A stretch of DNA of 48,258 nt, from the NCBI GenBank assembly GCA_964349515.1, contig CAYGHG010000005.1, positions 1-48,258 of the forward strand. Direction: 5' to 3'. Positions within the stretch are counted from its first letter, which is position 1. Every line of letters begins with the position of its first letter. Of the stretch, positions 29,256 through 40,200 are shown in pieces. The stretch comes from an uncultured Spirochaetia bacterium. GTDB taxonomy: Bacteria > Oederibacteriota > PGYV01 > CAYGHG01. Position numbers and translations under genes: made by a program. The notes under the pieces are model-generated. The model worked only from the letters and a program-made list of their open reading frames with translations, was not told the origin of the DNA and did not search any database.

Positions 29256-30134
29256 TTAGTATATAACCTTGTTCAGGGGATACTCCACTATGTCCTGCGC
29301 TCCCGCTTCTTTCAGCGCAGGTACAAGAGCACGCACCCTTTTTTCGTCTATCACTACCTCTATTGCCGCCCACTTTCCGCCTCCGCCAAGCAGGGCGGAT
29401 ACTGTGGGCCTTTTTATTTCCGGCATAAGCGAAAGGATTTTAGGTATGTTCTTTTCGGCGATATTAAGCTTGACTCCGACTTTCTCGCCGGCATTCAACG
29501 CCCCCTTCAGTAACATAAGTATTGTTTCCAGCTTTTTTTTCTTCCATTTGTCCTGATAACTTGTTTTATTGGCTATGAGCACTGTTACCGATTCCATTAT
29601 AGTGTCTACTATTCTTAACTTATTCGCCCTCAGCGAAGAGCCTGTTTCCGTCAGTTCTACAATGGCATCCGCGAGATAGGGCGGCTTTGCCTCTGTCGCA
29701 CCCCATGAAAACTCAACCCTTGCATTGACTTTATGGTTTTTGAGGTATTTCTTCGTCGCGTTTACGAGTTCGGTTGATATTCTCTTTCCTTTCAAATCCT
29801 TTACCGAATGAATTTTCGATTCTTCAGGAACGGCAAGTACCCACCTTACAGGTTTCATTCCCTGCTTCCCGTAAACCAGCCTGTCCACAATTTTAACAGA
29901 CTCACCGCTCTCAACCGTCCAGTCCAGGCCGGTTAAACCCGCATCAAAAATCCCTTCCGCAACATAGCGGGCCATTTCCTGCGCCCTCACCAGGGTGATC
30001 TTAATGTCCTCGTCATCCACCGAAGGGTAATAGCTCCGCGAAGAAGAAGATATATTAAAACCTGCTTTCTTGAAAATACCGAACGTAGATTCCTGAAGGC
30101 TTCCCTTGGGCAGCCCTAATTTTAAAACAGCCAT
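29256..30134 (-). CDS. hisG: ATP phosphoribosyltransferase, long form
   Basis: [38 protein letters not shown]-terminal regulatory domain (PTVSAL, LK.AGA.DIVEYP). Confidence 0.97.
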   Translation of the reverse strand: MAVLKLGLPKGSLQESTFGIFKKAGFNISSSSRSYYPSVDDEDIKITLVRAQEMARYVAEGIFDAGLTGLDWTVESGESVKIVDRLVYGKQGMKPVRWVLAVPEESKIHSVKDLKGKRISTELVNATKKYLKNHKVNARVEFSWGATEAKPPYLADAIVELTETGSSLRANKLRIVDTIMESVTVLIANKTSYQDKWKKKKLETILMLLKGALNAGEKVGVKLNIAEKNIPKILSLMPEIKRPTVSALLGGGGKWAAIEVVIDEKRVRALVPALKEAGAQDIVEYPLNKVIY

Positions 30135-30253
30135 TTTAAGTCCTCCTTGAATGATTATAAAAATATATTAACATAAACGTATGGTTTGTGTATAGAGCGA
30201 TAAAAATTTAAGAATCAGCATTTTCCGGCCGGCAGTTGCATGCGCTTTCTTTT

Positions 30254-32629
30254 TCAGTGCGTGAAATCATCCTTATTTGCAGGTGCTTCACCTTCTATTT
30301 TTGCCCTTATTCGTTTTTTTTCCTTTTTTTCCTGCTGCTGTTCTTTCTCTTTGGCGGCCCTTATAGCGGATTCTTCCTCATCTATTATGACCATCAGCGC
30401 ATCAACCGCCTCAGGGTCAAACTGAGTGCCCTTGCAGCGGTTCATCTCTTTTACGGCAAAATCATTGGTACGCTCATCCCTGTAGGGCCTCTTTGATGTA
30501 ATGGTTGAATACGCATCCGCAACGCTTATTATTCTTGCACCGAGCGGGATTTCAGCCCCCCTTAAACCCAGGGGGTATCCGGAGCCGTTTATCCACTCAT
30601 GATGGTGCAAGACAAGAGGCACCAGCTTTTTCATAGACTCAATTTTTGAAACAATATTGGCCCCATGCTGCGGGTGGGTCTTGATCAGATTGTATTCTTC
30701 ATTTGAAAGTTTGCCCGGCTTATTGATAATATTCTCGCTTATGGCTATCTTGCCGATGTCGTGAAGCAGCCCGCCGTATTTGACGTTTTCAATTTCCTCC
30801 GGCGGCAGCCCCATTTTTTCGGCTATTTTAGTCGCATATTTCATAACGGTCGTAGAATGCCCGTGGGTATAGTGATCCTTTGCGTCTACAGCCGCGGCAA
30901 GTGCATATATGCTGTGTATATAATCCCGCTTTACGTTTTCATAAAGTTTTGCCGCCTCAATATCCCCCCCCACAAATCCCGCAAGCAGATTCAATATAGA
31001 AAGCTCGTCCCTGCTGTAGGTCTCGCCGAGTTTGGTCATCGCAAGCACTCCCATCGGCCTTCCCTTGACCGAAATAGGGGAAAGAATGGCTGCCTGCCTT
31101 AAATACAGAGAATCAATTTCAGGGTTATAAAACTTAATATCGCGTATCTCTGTAATATAAAGAGGCCTGTTATTTGTAAACACCCAGCCAGCTATAGAAT
31201 TTACAGGCACCACCCTGTCAAGCATCCCGCCGCGCTGTCCGTACTGTGCCTTAATTTTCATCCTTCCGTCTTCGTCAGCCATAATAATGGCACCGCTTGA
31301 GTTTTTAAACATTTTCTTTACACCCTCAACAAGCGCGGTGCCGATTATTTCATCCTCATCAAGTGAGGCTTCAATGTTTACAGCAACTTCGGACAGTTTT
31401 TCCAATCCTTTAACTTTTTCTTTCACCTGGTCAAACAACACCCTGCTGAAAAGAAGGGTCGATATCTGCTCCGCCAGGAGTTCAATCAGTTCTGCGTCTG
31501 ATTTATTATAGACCCCCGGATTTTTGTTAAAGATCATGAGTATCCCGCTCGTTTCCCGCCCCGAAGTCAGCGGCGCAGCTATGCAGGATCCGCTTTTGAT
31601 ATTATCGCGTACAAAATAGTCCGCGGACTCCCCCGCGTTTTCAAAAATCCTTGCTCTTCGCCTTGAAACAAGGTCGTTTAATTCTGAAGAAGGCCCTATT
31701 TCATGGGCCCCGGACTCCTTGATCTCATAAAATCCAGATATTTTCTTATAAGATTCCACTCTCATCAGCATTGATTTTCGGTCAACGGACAATATTACGC
31801 CGCCGTTGCCTTTCATGAGCGGGACAATTACACCCAGCATCATTTCAAGCAGTTCCCCCCTTGAATTGGCCTCATTTGCCGTCTTGTATATTTCGTGGGC
31901 GGCGAGCAGGCTGATATTCTTTTTAACCAGCATTATGTTCGTACGCTCAAGGCTGTCTGTTGCCGCCTTTACCCTGGCTTCCAGTGCCCTGTTCGCGTCA
32001 GCAAGCTCTGTGTTCAGTTTTTCGCGCTCTTCAGATAATTTTTTATGCTCACTTATGGCTTCAGACGCGGCTGCATGCTCTTTCTTCATAGAAACTGCAA
32101 TAAAATTTCCGAGTATGCCGGTCGCCAGCATCAGCACGGCTTTTCCTATAAAATCAAAAACATAAAAAGCCCCCGAGGCGGCGCCTAAAGTGGTGAAATA
32201 CACAGCAGAAAATAATGCAATTACAATTGTTTGAAAAACTACAAAAATCTTTACAGGCCACATATCAAAACAGCCGTCAATTATTATCATAAGATATAAT
32301 ATGAACAGCGGGCTCTTATACCCTCCGGTAAGGACAACCGCTATGGTGGCAATAATAATATCCGCGGAAGTTGTGGCATACAACGAAACGACGCTTTTTA
32401 ATTTTCCGTTTTTTGACAGGTAAAAAACCGCGGCATTATATGCAGCTACGCCCGCCGTAAGCAGGCCCAAATTAAGGTACATCGGCTCTTTGGCAACAAG
32501 GTAAATTATGGACATCATAGGCGCAAAAACAGCCACCAGAATCCACCTTAACCTGATATCTGAAGCCAGTGCCGCAGACACACTGTCAGCCGGAATATCC
32601 GCTTTTCCGGATGCCCAAAAATTAATCAT
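30254..32629 (-). CDS. Membrane-bound GAF-GAF-HD-GYP cyclic-dinucleotide phosphodiesterase
   Basis: About 6 N-terminal TM, coiled coil, two GAF domains (APL...GIL, SPISVKGRPMGVL), then KDHYTHGHS, LHDIGK, HHHEW.NGSGYP, ARIISVAD, RPYR. Likely start ATG 32629. Confidence 0.92.
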   Translation of the reverse strand: MINFWASGKADIPADSVSAALASDIRLRWILVAVFAPMMSIIYLVAKEPMYLNLGLLTAGVAAYNAAVFYLSKNGKLKSVVSLYATTSADIIIATIAVVLTGGYKSPLFILYLMIIIDGCFDMWPVKIFVVFQTIVIALFSAVYFTTLGAASGAFYVFDFIGKAVLMLATGILGNFIAVSMKKEHAAASEAISEHKKLSEEREKLNTELADANRALEARVKAATDSLERTNIMLVKKNISLLAAHEIYKTANEANSRGELLEMMLGVIVPLMKGNGGVILSVDRKSMLMRVESYKKISGFYEIKESGAHEIGPSSELNDLVSRRRARIFENAGESADYFVRDNIKSGSCIAAPLTSGRETSGILMIFNKNPGVYNKSDAELIELLAEQISTLLFSRVLFDQVKEKVKGLEKLSEVAVNIEASLDEDEIIGTALVEGVKKMFKNSSGAIIMADEDGRMKIKAQYGQRGGMLDRVVPVNSIAGWVFTNNRPLYITEIRDIKFYNPEIDSLYLRQAAILSPISVKGRPMGVLAMTKLGETYSRDELSILNLLAGFVGGDIEAAKLYENVKRDYIHSIYALAAAVDAKDHYTHGHSTTVMKYATKIAEKMGLPPEEIENVKYGGLLHDIGKIAISENIINKPGKLSNEEYNLIKTHPQHGANIVSKIESMKKLVPLVLHHHEWINGSGYPLGLRGAEIPLGARIISVADAYSTITSKRPYRDERTNDFAVKEMNRCKGTQFDPEAVDALMVIIDEEESAIRAAKEKEQQQEKKEKKRIRAKIEGEAPANKDDFTH

Positions 32630-32651
32630 CTGCACCTTCTTTTCATTAAAA

Positions 32652-34238
32652 TCAGAAATAATCCTCCGCGGCTGAAATCTTTGCTTTTGCCTCGGAAGAA
32701 GAATCGCTTTCAAGCCCGTCTTTCGACACAGCCGTAGCGGTGAATATGTATTGAATGCCCGCTTTCAGACCGGCAAGCGTGGCTTTTGATTCCCTAAGCA
32801 GCCCCTTATTTAGCTTTCTGCTCCTTGCGTCACCCTCTTTTTTGTAATACAGATTGTATCCGGCAACAAAATCCTCCCTCGAATCATTCCACTCAACAGT
32901 TATGGAGCTGCCTTCGACCTTGGCGCTGACATTTGTTACAACGGCAGGCTTTTTCGGCTCATACTTTTTCGGAGTGGCCATTACAGCCTCGGAATGAACG
33001 CTTTCAAGATTTCTGTTGTTTATTGCGGTGACGACAAAATCATAAGTCACATCGTTTTTAAGGACAGCCTTGAACCTTGACTCTTCCATGATAGGCTTCG
33101 TATTAAGTTTGTCATATTCCTTTGCCCCTTTTTCCCTGTAATAAATGTTGTATCCTGTTATATTGGATTCGGGGTTCGGATCCCAGCCTATTGAAACTAT
33201 TTTGTCCCCGGAAACAGCATTGATCTTCTGCGGCGGCTGCGGTGCGCCTACCACCGGCCTTGAAGATTTCGCGCCGAATTTAAATGAAAGCGATATCCTG
33301 TGGGAACTGCCTAACTCATTATGGGGCGCAAAAGCATAATCAACAGAGCCTATATCAGGCAGGCCGAAGCCCGCGCCGGCTGTAAGCCCCGAATCCGAAT
33401 CGCCGGAGCGGTATCCGCCTCTTAAGTATCCATACCCGAACAATTTTGCCTCAAAGCCCAAACTTACAAAAAGCTTTGAGTAATCCGGATTTGTCGAATC
33501 AATCGGTTTGCTTACATCGCAGGCTAAAAGCAGCCCTATGTCTTTTGACAGTCCTATATCCCACGCCGCGCCTATTCTCGCAGCAAACGGGGTCTGGTCA
33601 TCGCCGCTGTCCGCGCCTATATCCTGCAGCACAATGGCACCGCGTATGTTATCAGTCAGATTCGCTGTAAGCCCTACATCCGCCATAACCATACCGGGCA
33701 TCATCGTATCAAGAAGTTTTCTCTGTACATATGTAATATTGGCGCCAAGCGCTATGTTTCCTATTGTAAAATCATTGGTGTAAATATTTCCCACAATTCT
33801 TGCGTAAGTGAGTGTAAGAGCAAGGTCGTAAGAAGCCGCCGCGGAAGGCTCAAGAAACACTCCCAGCGAGTCCTGTGTGCTGTTAAACTCAGGCACCCAG
33901 AAATAATTCACACTTAAACCAATTCCCGATGTAGTGTCTATCGGCATGACAGCAGACAGAAAATCATAACCGGTATTTGCATACCACACGAGGTGCATAA
34001 ACGTGATGTCCCAAGTCTCTGTATATGCAATCCCCGCAGGGTTCCAGTACGCCGCGTTTGAGTCGTCAGCAACGGCAGCGTACGCGCCCGCCATGGCAGA
34101 GGGCCTTGCTCCTACGCCAATCTTAAGAAAATCTGCGCTTGAGGTTCCGCCTCCTAAAGCGTAAACGGTACAGGCAGCAAGTGCCAGCGATACCGCCAGA
34201 GCAGCTCTGATAACTGTCCTTAAAACGCCTTTGTTCAT
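32652..34238 (-). CDS. PorV/PorQ-family barrel fused to two C-terminal fibronectin type III domains
   Basis: FLKIGVGARPSAMAGAY, YWNPAG, DYAFAP..ELGSSHRISLSFKF, followed by two W....E..I/V.GYN.YY...L.....Y.F..TA.....ES..S FN3 repeats. ATG 34238 follows GGAGG. Confidence 0.88.
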   Translation of the reverse strand: MNKGVLRTVIRAALAVSLALAACTVYALGGGTSSADFLKIGVGARPSAMAGAYAAVADDSNAAYWNPAGIAYTETWDITFMHLVWYANTGYDFLSAVMPIDTTSGIGLSVNYFWVPEFNSTQDSLGVFLEPSAAASYDLALTLTYARIVGNIYTNDFTIGNIALGANITYVQRKLLDTMMPGMVMADVGLTANLTDNIRGAIVLQDIGADSGDDQTPFAARIGAAWDIGLSKDIGLLLACDVSKPIDSTNPDYSKLFVSLGFEAKLFGYGYLRGGYRSGDSDSGLTAGAGFGLPDIGSVDYAFAPHNELGSSHRISLSFKFGAKSSRPVVGAPQPPQKINAVSGDKIVSIGWDPNPESNITGYNIYYREKGAKEYDKLNTKPIMEESRFKAVLKNDVTYDFVVTAINNRNLESVHSEAVMATPKKYEPKKPAVVTNVSAKVEGSSITVEWNDSREDFVAGYNLYYKKEGDARSRKLNKGLLRESKATLAGLKAGIQYIFTATAVSKDGLESDSSSEAKAKISAAEDYF

Positions 34239-34249
34239 CGGTTCCTCCG

Positions 34250-37200
34250 TCACTTCTTTATGACGTATACAAGTTTAATCTGTTCAAAGCCTTCGGTTTT
34301 AATTTTTACATAGTACAGGCCGTTTGTGACAAGAATTCCGTCCGATGCACGGCCGTTCCACGAGGCAAGCTGGGTATAAAGTATTCCCTGGCTTACCGGG
34401 CCGTAATCCGCTTCATAAACCTTTTCTCCGGCAACATTGTAAACAAGCAGTTTTGAGAAGGTTGAAGCCTGAGTTACCGTGAATATGACACTTACGCTTT
34501 CCCCCGCTTTCGGGTCAAAGCTGTTAGTGCTGAGATACATGTCGTCTCTGTGCGAAACAAGGGTGGAGCCGTACTGTATGAATACTGTATTTGAAAGTGC
34601 TGTTGAGTTCTTTGTAATCACGCCTCCATCATTGTATGTCCATATAAAGCCGGGTTCAAATACCACATTGCCGCCGCCGGTAGAGCTGTATGTCCAGGTA
34701 AAGGTGGCCGAGTCATTCGGCGCAAGAGGTGTTGTCAAGTCAGCCGGCGAAGTAAGCAGCATAACAGCGCCTGTTCCGCTTATCACCGGGTTTACAGGCA
34801 CTACGGAAGCTGTATCAACCTGGCCGATATTTGAAACCGTGACCACGAGTGTTATCACTTCGCCTATGCCTATCACGGCAGGTGACGCGTCCACAAGTTC
34901 ATATCCGAGATTAGCACCCGCGGGCCTTATTTCAACAGAGTTTACGGCAGTGGTATTCACATATACTGATGTACCTGCGTTTGTGCCCTCTGTAAACGCG
35001 TTAAAATTAACCGTATCAGGCGTGGTATTAACCGTATAAGTCCATGTAAATCTCTGCGACGCGCCTACAGGCAGTGATGCCATAATCAGCGAAGCCGGGG
35101 CTGTATTCAGGGTTACAAGCCCGGCAGGCAAAGGAGCTGACATATTTACTGTAACCGCGGCAGCATCAGCTATGCCCGTATTTGTAACAGTCAGAATCAC
35201 GGTCAATGCCCCGCCGAGCGGCACAGGCAGTTCCAGTGCGCTCACTGCCAGGCTGCTTACAAGCACCGCGGAAGGCGGTGTAATGGTGATAGTTGAATCA
35301 TCTGTATTTGAGACAACCGGTGCAAGCGATACCGCATCTGTTCCTGAAGCATAAGCGCTGAATGTCATCTCACCTGCGGCTGTTGCCGAGTATGTCCAGG
35401 TAAAGTATGCAGTTGAGCTACCGGCTATAGTCAGCGGCGAGACTGTGGATATTGCCCCTGCCGCAGGCGGGGTAATAAGCGCCGCGGAACCACCGCTGCC
35501 GTTATCGTTATATGAAAGCACCGGTGATACGCCGTTGGCCGCCGAAGTCCCCGTATTATTTACGGCAAGCACTACTGTTATGACCTGTGTCCTTGAAAGA
35601 GTTACAGGCGGCATAGTAGTAAGCGTTGATACCAGGTTTGCGGGCGTCTGCACTGAAATTGTTGTAAGCGCTGTCTGGTTTGATGTAACAGTATTCAGAG
35701 TGTTATTATCCGTACCCTGCGCACGCATAGAGAAAGTATAAACACCCGGCCCTACCGCGGTATAAACCCATGTAAACTCTGCTGATGCCTGCGCTGTTAT
35801 TGAGGCGTAAGAAGCCGGATTGGGCGCGGCCCCTACAGGGACTGCGATTGCAGGCGGCATTGCAGCCACATAAACAGGCGAGACATTGTTCACAGCCGCC
35901 GCGTTCGGATCTGAGAGGCTGTTTGTCACCCTTGTTATTATCGTGAAATCCTGGCCCACGTTTACAACAGAGGGCATAGAAACAAGGGCGGACGACAGCA
36001 ATCCTGCCGTCTGAACCCTTATTATAGAAGTATTCGCATATGAAGTCACTGTGCCGGCACCCATATCAAAGGCCGAAGCTGTGCCGTTAAAAGTAACCGT
36101 TCCCGCCTGCGCAGCAGCGTATATCCAGGTATACGAAACTTCAGCGCCCGCCACAAGAGAAACACCTGTCATTCCCGCGGGGCCTGACACATAGGTAAAC
36201 CTGGTTGAGAATCCTGTTATAGCGCCCGGATTTACGTCATAGGCAACCGAGCCCGGCACTCCTGCATTTGCAACATCCATTATTACAGTTACGTGCTGGC
36301 CCGTGCTCGCTGTTTCAGGCGAAGCTGTCATAGTAAGAGCAAGGTAGGAAGAAGGCATAATGGTAATACCTGATGAGGCAACAGGCGAAGTAACTGCCGC
36401 ACCCGTATTTTCATCCTGTCCCTGCGCATACATCGTAAACGACACATACCCGTCGCCCACAGCATCAAATATCCAGGTAAAGGTCCTGGCGCCTCCGTTA
36501 CCTGCGACCGTATGAGTAACCGCCATAGGTTCAGATACGGTATTTACAGTGGGAGGCAGTACTCCGCTTGATTCATAAACAATTACAGGCAGAACATTTA
36601 CAGCATCAGCGCCATAACCCACAGGTGAGACTGCACCGGCTGTGTTTGTAACTGTCAGCGTGACGGTAAACTGCTGATTGCTGTACCTGGCTAAAGGCGT
36701 TACTTTTGCCGCCGAAGCCAGAACCGCGGCTTCTTCAACTTCTATCGCCGGCACTGACAGTTTTATCCCTGTTGATATTATATTTCCTTCGTTGGCGTCA
36801 ACTCCGTCATACCTTCCCTGCAACTGGACCGCGCCCTTGCCTGTCGCAAGATATGTCCATATAAACGCGTGCTCACCGCCGCCCGCGATATCAACATTAT
36901 AAGTAAGGGGCAATGTGCTTGCCGCACCCGATCCCACAACGTTAAACGGATTACCTATCGGCGCAACAGCAAGAGCTGTTGCATCTCCTGTGTTCGATAC
37001 TGTCATCGTGACGTTAAAGTACTGGCCCACGCTGACCGAACGCGGCACTGCAAACGAGTAGAAACTCAGCGAGGCAGGGTTCTGTATCAGCACCTGATTA
37101 CTATTATTGCCCGGCGAGTATACCGTCTGCAAAGTGTTTGTATCACGGCCTGTAGCCCAGCCGTTCCACTCTACCACACCGTTACCGGTGGCTGTCACAA

Positions 37201-40200
37201 CCCACCTGAATGTTGCTTCCGCCCCCGCGAGCAGGCTCACCGAAAGCGGCGTTGCCGCTGAAGCAGGCGGATTAGCCGGATCCGCAAGCCCTGTTCCCAC
37301 CCTGAAAAGCTGCGTCGGCGATACATTGTCCGCATCAGAAGCACCGGTATTGGTAACTGTCATTTCTATAGTAACAGCCTGGCCGATATTTACCACAAGC
37401 GGCCATGCGGCTATTGAAGATGCAAGAGTAGGCGGCGGTTCTATAACAAGACTGTTTACGGCCGCATTTGAATTAACCGTCCACAAGTTAATTTCATCAG
37501 TGCCTGTGGCACGGCCGGTGAATTCCATTGTCCCGCTTATATTATTTGTCCTATATACCCAGGTAAATACCCTTGACTGTCCGGGTATCAGATTCACAAC
37601 AGCAGACGAAGCATTAATAGTGCCGCTTAAATAATCGCCTGCAACCGGCATACTCCAGGCAAGTGCATCTGCGCTTACGTTGTTTGCAGAATACAATCCC
37701 GTATTCGTCACAGACAGCCTGACCGTGAACAACTGATTGTATCCGACAGTTGAAGGCTGTATTATAAGGTCCGCTGCCAGTATCGCCTGTTTTATTGTTA
37801 TTTCAAGAATTCTCTCTGCCGAAGGCCCTGTCTGTATTTCTGCACCAGTGTTTAAATCTGTGCCGTTTGCGCCTGCGCTGAAATTGACAGTGCCTGTCGC
37901 GGCCGCAGAGTAAGTCCATGTAAATGTGGCTGCCGTATAGCCTGCAAGCTGTACTGAACCCGGGACAGGGCCCGACAGATAAGTTATAAGAGCGGGATCG
38001 TCATTATACAACACCGGCGCAACCGAGTTCACAAGGCCTGCGCCTGTATTAGTAACTGTCATCGTTATAGTTATAAACTGTTCCTGAGCTGCCTGTGCGG
38101 GCACGTTAAACGAAGCTATGGCAAGGCTTGCGGGCGCCTGCACATTTACATACTTTCTGGATGAGTAACCCGTCGGAACACTAATCAGGCTGTTTGCATC
38201 TTCGGCAACAGCGTTGCCGCTGAAATAAATTATTCCGCTGCCTGACACCAGATATGTCCACTGATAAGCCTGTGAAGACCCTCCGGCAATTGTCGTCAAC
38301 GCGGGCGCGCCCGACTCTGTGCCCCAAGCCGCTCCACCCTCATTGCTGAGTGTCAGATTAAGCGCCGTGATGTTTGCGGCAGCTCCTCCGGTATTGCTTA
38401 CTATCATAGTTACCGTTATCAGCTGGCCGCTGTTTGCCGAAACCGGCGCATATATTTCAGACACGAGATTCATCGCTGTTTGTATCTCAACAAGCGGCGA
38501 TACCGAAGGCACGCTCTCTTTGTATCCGTCTATGTCGTGATATCTTGTGTACGCGCTGAAAACCAGCGTTCCCGCAGAGGTGGCACTGTATGTCCATGTG
38601 AAATAAGCCGAGGACGCCGCAGGCATAGACGCTATAGCTGCAGGCGCCGATACAAGCGTGACAGCGCCTCCAAAACTTGTCACAGCCGCCACAGGTGTCA
38701 CATTATAAGGCGCTTCTGTATCGGCAGTTCCGCCGTTTGTTACTGTCAGTATCACGGTGACCAGCTGGCCTGTTGAAACTACAAGCTGCGGCACTGATAT
38801 GTCATTTACCAGATAAGCGGAATCCGCTATTGTAATCAGGTTTGAAACAGAATTCGCCGAACTTATTACAGCTCCCGAATTAATATCATAACCGCTCGCT
38901 GAATTACCGAATGTAATCATGCCCGGGGGCGGCTGTGACGTGTATACCCAGGTAAAGTAAGCCGAAGCCCCGGCCGCAAGTGATGCCGCAGACTCAGGCA
39001 CAGGCCCTGAATAAAGCGAAGCCGCGCCTGTCCCGCCTACAGTTAGAACTGAAGCAGTAGGCGTAATATTAACTGCTGTCGCTCCGCCGTTATTTGTAAC
39101 TGACATTATTACTGTTATGCGCTGGCCTGTCTTTACTATTTCAGGCGCAGCAGGCACGGCCCATATACTTGAAGCAAGCGACGCGGGATTCTGCACTGTG
39201 ACAGGATTGCTCATAACCATGGAAGAATGAACCTGAATGTCGCTGTTTTCGTCATATCCCGAGGCATTTCCGCTCAATACTACAACACCCGGAGCCGTCG
39301 CCTCAAACACCCACGTAAACACTCCCGATGAATTGCCTGCGATAGCGGCAGAAACCGGCAGAGGGCCAATAGGCGGTATCATGCCGCCCGTGCTTGTATC
39401 AGTCAGATATATGGTTCCCGGCGATACATTGAGCGCATCCGCCTGGCCGCTGTTTACTACAGTCATAAATACGCTTACCTGCTGGCCCACGTTTAGAGTT
39501 GAGCCGCTGATATTTATCACGCTTGACAATGACGCCGGTGTTTCAACATCAATACTGTTGGATGTGGAAGCAACACTATGATACAACGCTCCAGTCCTGA
39601 TATCCTGTCCCGCGGCCCTGCCGTAAAGCGCAAGAGGACCGCTGCCGCCCGTCTGATAAACAAATGTAAAGGAAGCAGAGCCTGTAAGTGCGGGTATTAC
39701 CGCAGAAGCAGGCAAAGGCCCGGAAATTCTGACTGCTGTAGCTGTTCCCACCCTGACCAGAGGCATTTCAGGCGCAACATTGGCTGCGGCAGTTTCACCT
39801 GTGTTGTTTACAGTCATCACAAGCGTTATGTTCTGCCCTGCCGAGTATACGGAAGGCGGTGTAATTATCTGCATGGTATTAGCGCTCAAAGAAGGCGGCC
39901 CGTAAACCGTGAACGCATTATCCACGCCGCCGCTTAAATCATCCGAATTATAAATGCCGCTTGACGCGTCAGCGCCGGCAATGCCGCCTCCTGTAACAGC
40001 GGTTGTCTGATAAACCCATGTGAATACAGTGAAGCCAAAAGCCGGTATGTCCGCGAAAGCAGGCGCAGAGCCTGATACCGCAGACACAGGCAGCGTGAAC
40101 ACGGGCGCTGACGGGGTTACCGCAGGTGCGTTTACTATTCCTTCATTGCTCACGGTCAATGTCACGGTGAATCTCTGGTTTATTGAAAGCGCCTGCGGCG

